In this document: in pieces, positions 8,604 to 17,900 of the stretch | Position numbering within the stretch: the first letter of the stretch is position 1 | How the letters are laid out: each line of letters starts with the position of its first letter | Virus record (IMG/VR): IMGVR_UViG_3300015370_000036 | Coordinates: 1 to 30,288 of that record | DNA: 30,288 nucleotides | From: a virus | Taxonomy: Duplodnaviria; Caudoviricetes | Reading direction: 5' to 3' (one strand) | The notes under the pieces: generated by a model | The model's input: the letters and a program-made list of their open reading frames with translations, nothing else | Database searches by the model: none | Told to the model about the DNA's origin: nothing | Position numbers and translations under genes: made by a program

Positions 8604-8780
8604 ATGGCTGAATACTTGTTTAGATGTGTAAGGTGTCAAAAAGTGCTTCCTCTTAAATTAACCCTAAAAGAGTTAGAAAAGGGACAAAGTTGTCCTTTTT
8701 GTGGCTTACCCCTGACTAGGTTATATACACCGCCTATTGTTTGGGGAGAAACAGTATCAAAGGATCAGGCTTCGAAGTGA
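8604..8780 (+). CDS. FmdB-like zinc-ribbon protein (58 aa, not in the ORF track)
   Basis: AAGGAGGT RBS. Translation MAEYLFRCVRCQK...CPFCGLPLTRLYTPP. TGATG coupling to the radical SAM gene. Confidence 0.85.
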   Translation: MAEYLFRCVRCQKVLPLKLTLKELEKGQSCPFCGLPLTRLYTPPIVWGETVSKDQASK

Positions 8781-9619
8781 TGTTCAAAGTACCACCACCT
8801 AAAATAGTAGACATAGAAACATCTTTGGTTTGTCCAGCTAACTGTATAATGTGTCCTAGAACGCAAGTTTTGACCTCCAGGAGAGCTAGATTCATGCCTG
8901 ATGAGCAAATCTATAAGATTATTGACCAGTTACTTGTTTGGAAACCCAAGATACAATGGGGCTGGATTAATGAACCACTGGCTGACAAAAGATTGTTTAA
9001 TTTTATAGATTATGCTGCCTCAAAAGGATTAAAGGGCTGGATTAACTCAAATGGGGCCTTACTTAATGAGGATAACACTAAACAACTGCTTAATAGTGGC
9101 CTAGAAATGATAAACTTTGCCATAGATAGTATGGATAAGCAGAAATATGAAACTAGCCGAGTAAACCTTAAATTTGACACAGTAATAGGAAAAATACATA
9201 AGTTTATAGAGACGAATAACAAATGTGAACATCCTTTAGCCGTGATGATATCGCAGATAACCATTCCTGGTTTTAATGATGGGGAGTTTCAGTCCTTTGC
9301 TGACTACTGGCGGCCGAAAGTAGATCATGTGCAACACCCTGAGTATTGAACCAGAGGAGCAGATTGGGATAAACAAGTGAAAAAAATAACAGGGGGAAAA
9401 TACTGCTTTCATTTAGAGAATGAAATGCCTATAACCACAGATGGTGATGTTCCTTTATGCTGTTGTGATGCAGTTTGTGCCAAGCCATCTGCTAATGTAT
9501 TTGAGATTGGCGTAGAGGCAGCTTGGAATACAACCCTACGAGCGAGGATAATAGATAAGATACGCAGGGATGGGATGGAATCTTTATCATTTTGTAAACT
9601 ACATAAGGATAAAAATTAA
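8780..9619 (+). CDS. radical SAM/SPASM(twitch) enzyme with one in-frame TGA at 9347-9349 (279 aa if read through)
   Basis: CPANCIMC, NEPL, NSNGALL, FAIDS. After the TGA the same frame continues TRGADWDKQV...YCFHL...DGDVPLCCCD...ANV...AAWN...FCKLH, a SPASM/twitch pattern. Confidence 0.85.
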
Positions 9620-9816
9620 TGCCCGACAGAGAGAAAGAGTTAGAATGGATTATTCAATATCATGCTCATTTGTATTATTGTTTGGATACTAGTGAATTAA
9701 GTGATTATGAATATGACTGTTATTTTGATGAACTAAGGAAATTAAACCCTAATAACAATATCTTTTCAAGAGTTGGCCAGGGTATCTGTAAGGAATTACA
9801 TAAAGATGCAGATTAA
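9619..9816 (+). CDS. stand-alone NAD-dependent DNA ligase subdomain Ia-like protein
   Basis: IQYHAHLYY...ELSDYEYD.YFDELRKL.P...SRVG matches the LigA N-terminus. No adenylation domain follows. Confidence 0.8.
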   Translation: MPDREKELEWIIQYHAHLYYCLDTSELSDYEYDCYFDELRKLNPNNNIFSRVGQGICKELHKDAD

Positions 9817-9831
9817 TGGGAATAAAATATA

Positions 9832-10533
9832 ATGACACCAAAAGTTACCTTTATAACATCAATAGTTAATGATAAATGGATAGATCAATGTCGGTACTAT
9901 CTTGAGACAGAAATTAAAACACCCTATGAGTGGTTTATATTGGATAACATGGGAAAAGTACCCATTTCCTTCTCTTGTGCCAATAACTTTCTGGCTAGCT
10001 ATGTTGAAACAGAGTATATCTGCTTCTTAAATGATGATATTGTAGTGCTTGGTGATCCCTTACCGGCCATGATAAAAGAGCTTGAGAATGATCCAAAGGT
10101 AGGGATTATTGGTACAAAGTTATCCTTTCCCGACTGGAGAATACAACATGGCGGGGTAGGATTTGGGAATACACAAGGGGAGTTTTTACCAGGACACATG
10201 GAAGCAGAGGCCGCTGACAGAGGCCAAGCAGACTTAAGAAATTATTGCCCTGTAACCTTTGCCTTTGCTATGACTAGAAAAAGTATATTTGATGAGATGG
10301 ATGGTTTAGGGGAAATATACGTCAATGGCTTTGAAGATTTGGATTATTGCTTTAAGCTAATAGAAAAAAATTATCAATGTCTTTACATACCAACTGTACC
10401 TATTATTCATATTCAGCACGGTAGTAGGACTAGCAAGCGTGATGAGTATAATTGGAGTTTGTTTAGGGGAAAATGGCATAAGCATTTACAATTAATTGAA
10501 AAACATCAAAAGAAAGGAGAAAATTTAGCATGA
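9832..10533 (+). CDS. GT2-family glycosyltransferase
   Basis: FSCANN, YICFLNDD, VGIIGTKL, IQHGG, GFEDLDYC, IIH. Confidence 0.9.
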   Translation: MTPKVTFITSIVNDKWIDQCRYYLETEIKTPYEWFILDNMGKVPISFSCANNFLASYVETEYICFLNDDIVVLGDPLPAMIKELENDPKVGIIGTKLSFPDWRIQHGGVGFGNTQGEFLPGHMEAEAADRGQADLRNYCPVTFAFAMTRKSIFDEMDGLGEIYVNGFEDLDYCFKLIEKNYQCLYIPTVPIIHIQHGSRTSKRDEYNWSLFRGKWHKHLQLIEKHQKKGENLA

Positions 10534-11045
10534 AAACACTAAAAATAGTAGTTATAGTCTTTATAATTGCGATTATAGCCACGTTAGGAGTACAATACTA
10601 TCTAGGACATAAGATTAATGGTAAAAGCCTCACCAGCAAGCTCCTAGACGTTAATAAGGCCCTTTCTAGCCCAAGCAAAGATATAACTATAATCCTTAAC
10701 AATGAGGAAATGACCCTTAAACCGCCTAGGGTTAAAACTACCCTAACCATTACTTCTACTGAGGTTACAGCTGACATTAAACCTATTCAAGTATGTTTCC
10801 TGCCTATGATCGGTGTAGAGACCGGAGATACAATACAACCCAGGGTAGGAGTCCAGTTCTTTCGTTCTGAACCCCTTGGCCTGGGTATGTCTTGTGGGTT
10901 AAGTCCAACAACCCTTGATCTTTCATTGGATAAAGATTTAAGAGACTTTAACCAAATATTAAGTAATACTATTTTAGGACTTGGCTTAGGATTAGATAAA
11001 GCTGGCTATACCAGATTTCTAATTCATCTAAGCGTGTTTATTTAA
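10530..11045 (+). CDS. membrane-anchored hypothetical protein with beta-rich C-terminus
   Basis: N-terminal TM, Gly/hydrophobic alternating C-terminal strands ending in FI, AAAGGAG RBS. Its stop overlaps the convergent stop (TTAA 11042-45). Confidence 0.65.
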   Translation: MKTLKIVVIVFIIAIIATLGVQYYLGHKINGKSLTSKLLDVNKALSSPSKDITIILNNEEMTLKPPRVKTTLTITSTEVTADIKPIQVCFLPMIGVETGDTIQPRVGVQFFRSEPLGLGMSCGLSPTTLDLSLDKDLRDFNQILSNTILGLGLGLDKAGYTRFLIHLSVFI

Positions 11046-12400
11046 TTGATGATATATTGAAAAGTTCCCGCCATTGCCACGTTTGCCGTTGTCTGTGCCT
11101 GGAATTCCAAATAAGCCGTTGTAGCTGATAAACCTTGCATATTGCCAGTTTGGTTTGCTGTTCCACAATTAGCCGACCCCCGCATCACAGGCGTTGTTGA
11201 GCAAGCAATGGGAAGCGTAAAGTTAAGTTGCGAAGCAGTCGGTGAGGCGGCAACAGGGTCAACATCTGCCTTAAACCCAACCGTCACCACGTTCCCGACC
11301 CTTGACCACGTGCAAGCATAAGCCGTGCTTGCCGCTATATTGGTCGTATTTGTCAGCGTCGGCGTATAAACCCCACTTGATACATTCTGCGGCACAACTA
11401 CCGCACTATTAGCGTCTAAGATAGCAAACTTCTTAGCTGAACGAGCATATAGTTTTCTTACTTGGTCAGCAGTTAAAGCAGTGGCATTGTGAATAAATAA
11501 CTCATCAACACGTCCTGTAAATTTAGCACTGCCTCCAGCGAAAGCCGCAATCTCTAAATTATTACCAGCAGGGTCAGTAATTGTCGTAGCAGCAGCTCTG
11601 TAGACAACTTCTCCATCTAAATATATAACAACATTCCCTGCGTTTGTTCTTGATACAGCAAAATGATGCCATGTCGAAGCAGTAAGGTGTGTTACCATAA
11701 AAGCATTTCCAACCTGAGCATTATTTTCAACCCAAATTACAGTTCCATCAGTTTGCAGGGTTAAACGCCACCCTTCAGTTCCAGAAGCCTTTGAAAGCAA
11801 TGCCATATTGCCTGCAGGAGTCCAATCTGCTGAAAAAATCCAGCCTCCGCAACTAAAAGTTCCAGTTAAAGTGTCGAATACTGCATCTGCACTATTAAGG
11901 TAAGTCGAACCGTCAAAAGCACAATACTTACTATTACCTAGCACGTCATTGCCTGCGGTCAATGCACCTGCCGCTACTGCTAAAGCTTTACTCCCAACAA
12001 TATCAGTTTGGCTTTCGCTTGATGTGCTAGCCATATTCCAAACATATAGAGTCGTACTGTTTGGAAAGTCTGCGCTGGTTAGTTGTTGGTCAGATTTAAT
12101 TATTGCGTTTCCAACAATATTAACCTGCTCTGAGCCGTTGGTAGTATCTACCGCAAAATATTCTGTGGTAGATACTTTAATAGAAAGCGCAGCATCAGTA
12201 TTGTCTTTAACAGCAATAGCCGTTGCAGCATTAGTTAAGGTAATATCCCCACCTTTTACCTCTAAATCACCGTTAATACTAATATCTATTGCATTAGTAC
12301 CATTAATACAGTTATATATATAATCAAACTCACCTTCTAAAGTGGTCTCCAAAAGTGTTTGACCTGTATCAAATTCGCTCTGTCTACTTGCATTTGCCAT
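11042..12400 (-). CDS. tail fibre / receptor-binding protein with LamG (concanavalin A-like) domain
   Basis: AFDGSTYL, FSCGGWI, WHHFAVSR, IYLDG, FTGRVDEL.I.N.ALTADQV form a LamG pattern. C-terminal GVYTPTL...WSRVGNVVTV...LPI fibre-tip module. Confidence 0.85.
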   Translation of the reverse strand: MANASRQSEFDTGQTLLETTLEGEFDYIYNCINGTNAIDISINGDLEVKGGDITLTNAATAIAVKDNTDAALSIKVSTTEYFAVDTTNGSEQVNIVGNAIIKSDQQLTSADFPNSTTLYVWNMASTSSESQTDIVGSKALAVAAGALTAGNDVLGNSKYCAFDGSTYLNSADAVFDTLTGTFSCGGWIFSADWTPAGNMALLSKASGTEGWRLTLQTDGTVIWVENNAQVGNAFMVTHLTASTWHHFAVSRTNAGNVVIYLDGEVVYRAAATTITDPAGNNLEIAAFAGGSAKFTGRVDELFIHNATALTADQVRKLYARSAKKFAILDANSAVVVPQNVSSGVYTPTLTNTTNIAASTAYACTWSRVGNVVTVGFKADVDPVAASPTASQLNFTLPIACSTTPVMRGSANCGTANQTGNMQGLSATTAYLEFQAQTTANVAMAGTFQYIIN

Positions 12401-12415
12401 TTTATTTTCCTCCTA

Positions 12416-12700
12416 TTATGCAGTATAGTATATAGTTATACGATACGCTTGGCTATTATAATTAGCCCCATTATTAATTACTATGTTAGTAGCATCCAAC
12501 GTATACCCCAAACCAATAACACCAGCTTGTGTCCATTTACTATTGGTATTATCATAAGCCAGTAATGTTACTGACCGAATATTGGCTAGGGTTAATCCAT
12601 GAGCCACCGTAGTAGAACTATCGGCGTCTAAGGTGCCAGATAAAGACTCTACCAATAATCCACTGGTTCCAACTAATTGTCCATTTACATAAGTTCCCAT
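12416..12700 (-). CDS. small tail-fibre-associated protein
   Basis: TTVAHGL...DATNIVI...ITIYYT pattern of fibre modules, GGAGG RBS. Confidence 0.65.
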   Translation of the reverse strand: MGTYVNGQLVGTSGLLVESLSGTLDADSSTTVAHGLTLANIRSVTLLAYDNTNSKWTQAGVIGLGYTLDATNIVINNGANYNSQAYRITIYYTA

Positions 12701-12701
12701 T

Positions 12702-13835
12702 TTATATTACCTCCGTCACAATACGTAACCCATAAGTAGCTGTATTTGTATTTGTACAGGTAACAACAATCTCATCCCCTGATTCAAATAACAAATCATT
12801 ATCGGGGGTATAACAAATGTCTGTTACACCTGAAGTATTAACTGAGCACAACACTGCATCATAATTTGCTCCATCATTAGCATCAACCGTAATCGTCAAC
12901 GCTTCACTCGCCATGGCTGCATTAGCATGCAGAGTTATAGAACTTAATCTAAACTTAGCTGCTATTGCGGTTGTAGTGCTAATCCCTGCCGAACCAGTAG
13001 CACTTGTTACAGCAACAGTCCTATTGGGGACTGCTTGAACTGCAAAGGTTCCGGCATTGGTTACTGCACACGTACCGCTAGAAATAACTACCGCACCAGT
13101 ATTACAAGCAGTTATCTTACCATCTATCGAAGTGGTGTCACCTGCTATCGTAGCTGAGTTAGCATCTAAACAATGTAATCTTCCATTAGCATCAGTCAAT
13201 AGAGGAACATAATCACTATTTGCTCCTGTGGCTGCTGCTGTGTCTGCTCTAACCGCTAAAGCCATAACACCAACATCTGCTGATGTATGTGCTGCGTCTT
13301 CTGCTTTGCCTAAGTTGGTTGCCCCAACCCCAGGTACTATGGATAGAGTATCAATCTGTAAATGTCCTGATGCGTCTGTAAGTAGGCAGGTGTCGGTTCC
13401 TGAACCATCTACAACTGTGTTTCCTCTCACTACCACATCTTCTACCATCACATCACCGGAAAAAGTCAATTCAGTATCAACCGGAATTGCACCCGTTGAG
13501 GTTAGCTGAACTTGCGCAGGCCTGCCGTACTGGTCTTTATATGAACCAAATTTACTGGACGGATCAACAGAAATAAACGGTTGCGCTAAAACCGTAAATG
13601 TTTCCGTGTCGGAACCTCCTGCTGTGGTCAATGTTACTGTTGCAGCACCCAAAGCATAAAACTTTGGTATATATGCGGTAACAACCGTAGCAGAATTGGA
13701 AACTATGTTCATTCCGGTACTACCAATTACTAATTGTGTTACCGAAGCTAAGTCTGTCCCTGTTATGGTAACAAGTGTCGTTTTGTCTTGATAACCACTT
13801 GCAGGGGTAAGGGTCGTAATTACTGGAGCTGCCAT
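12702..13835 (-). CDS. virion fibre/decoration protein with N-terminal IPT/TIG domain
   Basis: APVITTLTPASG....VTITGTDL...VTLTTAGGS matches IPT/TIG. The remainder is T/A/G/S-rich. AAGGAGG RBS. Confidence 0.75.
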   Translation of the reverse strand: MAAPVITTLTPASGYQDKTTLVTITGTDLASVTQLVIGSTGMNIVSNSATVVTAYIPKFYALGAATVTLTTAGGSDTETFTVLAQPFISVDPSSKFGSYKDQYGRPAQVQLTSTGAIPVDTELTFSGDVMVEDVVVRGNTVVDGSGTDTCLLTDASGHLQIDTLSIVPGVGATNLGKAEDAAHTSADVGVMALAVRADTAAATGANSDYVPLLTDANGRLHCLDANSATIAGDTTSIDGKITACNTGAVVISSGTCAVTNAGTFAVQAVPNRTVAVTSATGSAGISTTTAIAAKFRLSSITLHANAAMASEALTITVDANDGANYDAVLCSVNTSGVTDICYTPDNDLLFESGDEIVVTCTNTNTATYGLRIVTEVI

Positions 13836-13858
13836 TTTATTTTCCTCCTTAATTTAAT

Positions 13859-13939
13859 CTCAAGTCTGAGCCATTCACCTTTATCAATAGGCTTTCGCCA
13901 AAAATACTGATGCCTAGCTCAAAGTCGAGACTAAACATC
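13859..13939 (-). ncRNA. candidate structured RNA leader (three hairpins)
   Basis: Stems at 13909-13939, 13883-13911 (GAAA tetraloop) and 13859-13870. G-U pairs favour the - strand. Confidence 0.4.
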
Positions 13940-13970
13940 TAAAGTTTAATAGAGAAACAAGTAAATTATT

Positions 13971-14216
13971 TTATAATATCCCTCCTGTAAGTAGAATTAG
14001 TAACAAATACGCAAAACCACTACCAACCGCTGTGTAAAGAAAATCCAATAGCTCAGGAGTACCATAACCCATACTATCAACTATCTCTTTGAAGATTCCA
14101 CAAGAAACACCTACTAACAAGCCCCAAAAGGCTCCACAGAACAAACCAAATATAATTGTTACTATAAAGCCAAAAATTAAGTGTTTCTTCTTGTCTTCTG
14201 GCATGTTATTTCCCAT
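13971..14216 (-). CDS. YfiM/VanZ-like membrane protein in the lysis module
   Basis: DKKKH...GIFKEIVD..GYGTPELLDFLYT..G with about 3 TM segments. ATG at 14216 follows AGGTGG. Confidence 0.65.
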   Translation of the reverse strand: MGNNMPEDKKKHLIFGFIVTIIFGLFCGAFWGLLVGVSCGIFKEIVDSMGYGTPELLDFLYTAVGSGFAYLLLILLTGGIL

Positions 14217-14403
14217 TTTGCCCACCTAAACCTGGGATTGGAAACTTATTTGCTATCTGACGGCCAAAAACAACGCATAAACCAAAAAATACAACTGCCA
14301 CAAATGTCCAGGATTCTGGGTGTTGCATTAACCCATACATACCCCAAAACGATATTATTGAACCTACTATATCATTAACTATTTCTTTCATCAAATCGAT
14401 CAT
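14206..14403 (-). CDS. putative holin
   Basis: 65 aa with two hydrophobic segments, directly after the endolysin. AAGGGG RBS. Confidence 0.5.
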   Translation of the reverse strand: MIDLMKEIVNDIVGSIISFWGMYGLMQHPESWTFVAVVFFGLCVVFGRQIANKFPIPGLGGQNGK

Positions 14404-14445
14404 ATAATCCCCTTATTGGCCCCAAAATTGCGTTCTAAGCGACTT

Positions 14446-14925
14446 TTAGGTTAAATATGGCTTGGGGTCCACCCACGCACCATCTGTGTCTTTAACGCCA
14501 TAATGTAAATGAATACCAGTAGCCATACCTGTCTTACCCATGATACCTAATACTGTGCCTTTAGTAACAATTTGCCCTGGCCTAACAAAGACTTTATACA
14601 TGTGCAATAAAATGTGTCTAAAACCTTTATCTGAGCTACTAGAATCAATGCTGACATAACTGCCTTCTTTATGAGACAATACATACTTCAAATATGTATC
14701 TGTATGCTGTGGTGGAGGATTCCATTCACCAACATTAATTATCTTACCTGCTATGGGAGCAATAATATAATATACTGTTTTACCACTCTTATCTTTTCTG
14801 GCTATGTCCACACCCTTATGCACATCTCCTGCAACACCCCAAGATTTATAAGGTTCACTATTAGGATACTTGTAACCAAATGGCAGAGATATTTTACAGT
14901 TATCTTTAGGATTTACAGGGTACAT
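14446..14925 (-). CDS. M23-family peptidase (endolysin)
   Basis: HKGVD (HxxxD), APIAGKI, GIMGKTGMATGIHLHYGV (HxH), VDPKPYL. Confidence 0.92.
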   Translation of the reverse strand: MYPVNPKDNCKISLPFGYKYPNSEPYKSWGVAGDVHKGVDIARKDKSGKTVYYIIAPIAGKIINVGEWNPPPQHTDTYLKYVLSHKEGSYVSIDSSSSDKGFRHILLHMYKVFVRPGQIVTKGTVLGIMGKTGMATGIHLHYGVKDTDGAWVDPKPYLT

Positions 14926-14928
14926 AAA

Positions 14929-17900
14929 TTACTTCCAGTACTTCTTTGTTTTAGAAGATTTTTTATTTTTCTTTTCTTCATAGATTCTTTTTATACCGGT
15001 TGTTGGAAAAGCCCAATTAGCGAGCCATTCTTCTTCTGTTAGCTGGCCTTGTGCTTTTCCGCTTCGACTTCTTATTGTAAGGTCATCTAGTAAAATATTA
15101 AATTGCTTTAATGTTTCTTTTACCATTAGCCCAACAGGAATAAAAATTACGCTACTCTGTATAAGTTGCTCATAGTCATCCATTCCTAACTTCATTAAAT
15201 AATCATTATCTGTCCACGCCCCTGCTATCATCTTGGATGTTCCTGAGGCTGCTTTCATTCCTGCCCCTAAAATTGGGCCTCCTACGCTAGTTGGGGTTGC
15301 TCCTAGCCACAAAGCTCTTGATATATCCATGTGTGCTCGTTTTGCTGCCAAATACAGGATAGTGGCCGATGTTGTATATCTTAATGCCTCTTTAGGAGTC
15401 ATATATTTAAGAAAACCCTGATAATATAAAGACCATGTTCCAAAAATACCTGCCGTCTTACCCAGACCAGAACCTGAATATATTGAAGGGCCAAGCATTT
15501 CACCATAAGGGTATTGTGAACCCCAGGTTAAATTTTTAGCAAACTCTTTAGCTCCTTCTATAATAGCTTTTCCAGCAGGTTTTTGACCTGTTGTGCTAAT
15601 TTGTTTGAAAACAGAAACACGAACTCCTCTAGGTGCACCCTTCAAAAGCCTTTCAATACCTTTTAAGCCTTCAAATTTATAAGTATCTAAAAACATTTGC
15701 CTTGCACCTAAATAATCTGCTCCTCTATTAGGAAATTTATCCACAAACTGAAAAGGTATTGTGGTCGCTTTCAAACCCTTACGGAGTGCTCCAATAGCAC
15801 CCTTTCCTCCTGTTTCTTCCATAAAAGGTGCTGCTGCTTTCCATACACCATCTCTTTGCAATATATCCCTACCGGCCTTAGTTGTTATCTGTTGCAAACC
15901 AACTGCTTTATAACCTAGTCCTAATTTTGCAGGGCCATGTGTTAATCCCTGAATAATGTTCTTTGCAGGGGCCTTAATGGTTCCTAAACCACTGGAGTAC
16001 ACTATGTCTCTCAGTAAATTTCCGGCTTCATTAGCTGCTTCCTTAGCCATCTGCTTGTTCACCCCAGGTAGGTGTTCCAACATTTTAGCTAGCTCCAATT
16101 TTGTTAAACCACCGCTTCCAGCAGAGGCTCCAATCAAGCTACTTTCATATTCTGTAAAAGCCTCCCTTAATGGCTGCGGTAAATTATCAATCACAGGAGC
16201 AACTTTCTTTAGTTCCGGCTCTAATATATGCTTTCTTAACATTAAATTAAGGTAGTGATCATTGGCTGCAATAGGATCTAAGGTGTATCCCTTTGCTCCC
16301 AATCTCCTTAGTAAATGACCATTCTTGACTACTTTTATAGCATTAGGACTTTTGATAATAACCTGAGCACGCTCTAAAGCTGCTCTTCGGGATAAACCTT
16401 GCTCCTCCAAAACCCTAGCAATCCTCCGCAAATCCCATGTTCCTTTTAAGGCATCTTTAGCTATTGTTCGTGCCATTTTATCAGTCCACACATGAGGCAT
16501 ATAAAACTTCAATGGATTTTTTATCCCAAAAGGTTTAATAAACTTTGCATAATAAGCAGATGCTTTGAGCGCAACTGATTGCTCTACTGGAGATAAATTG
16601 GACATGGGAATTAACCCTTCAGTTGCTAGGAATGTCCTTGTAACAGAAGCCTGATCTTTTATAATAGGCTTCCAAATATTTTCATACCTAGCACCAAATT
16701 GACTCTTCAAAAATTCCACTTTTTTTTGAGCTTTACTTAGAGGAGAAACTATTTTTGAATATGTTCCCCAACTTTTTTCTCCTTTGAGGGCTACATAGTA
16801 GAGTGGCTCTATTTTTGCTTGAGCAGCAAACCATGGCTTTGTTATATCAGTTGGTTTATATTCTCTGTTCAGTGTTTCTATCATAGGACTGTTCAAAATA
16901 TTATCCACTGTTTGCCATAACTTTGAAGTGGGTTTTTGAAGCTCCTTCAATAAATACTTATCATAGGAGTAACGCCCTTTACCTGTGTTCTTCCAACCAC
17001 CCGATATTTTTGGTATAATCCCTTCCTGATCCCAAGTAATATCCCCCTTCCTTATAGCCTCAACTAGACCCTTGAACTCTTTTTGCAAAACTTTATTAGA
17101 ATAATTCTCTCCACCACCAGCAAGGGCTGAACCAGCCTGCCCTTTTATATCCGCTAAAGCAGCCTTTAGAGATTTAGGATCAAGCGTCTTATTGGCTCTT
17201 GCTTCTTTGATTGCCTTTGCTAGAATTGTCCTCTGTGCTTGTAAATTATTTTTAATAAACGCTCCTCTAGCCGTTGTAGCAGTATAACCTAGAGCCTTAA
17301 AAATTCCAGCAAACATAGCGTAGTCTAATGGCCGATCAATAGGAAAAGTTGCGAGATCAATACCTGTCTCAATAAAACTCTTTGCCAGTTGTGCACCGGT
17401 CTCTTTGAAATCCAAATCAGGCAGTTTTCCAGTAACTACCCACTTAGCTAACGTATCACCCAAACTCATTGGAAACAACTGTACCATGTTGCCAACTGAA
17501 CCTAACAAATCTGTTGGTCTATCGGAAATATCATTTGTAAGCAACCTCTTTTTTATGTGCTCACTCACAACACTTTGTTGATACTCATCGGGATTTTGAT
17601 AACCGTGCAAAATAGCCTGAACCTGCTCCCTTGTTTGTTCGCCAGTATCCATGAAAGGGCCCCCACCTTCTTTTGATCTCCCTGACCATTCACCACTTAT
17701 AGCCAATGTACTCATACCAAATTGATTCAAATTTACTGCATTTTGTTTTATAATAGTCTGGTAGTAAGCTGCCAATGCTGATTGGGGACGTTTCACGGAG
17801 TACTCGTAGAGGCCTCCTAAACCCTTGCCTAGCATATCAGCAACAGTTAAAGGTGCTCTTAATGTGGACTTTAGACCAAACATAAAAGCATCTTTATAAC

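Noticed and set aside
9377-9619. Independent small SPASM-only gene
   Set aside because: It is in frame with the radical SAM domain, and GAGGAG is about 17 nt from the GTG. It is better explained as the C-terminus of one gene.
11042-13835. Diversity-generating retroelement targeting the fibres
   Set aside because: No reverse transcriptase and no TR/VR repeat pair is visible in the window.
13900-13960. Hammerhead ribozyme (CTGATG...GAAAC on the + strand)
   Set aside because: The core reads CUGAUGC rather than CUGANGA, and stems I/III could not be built.
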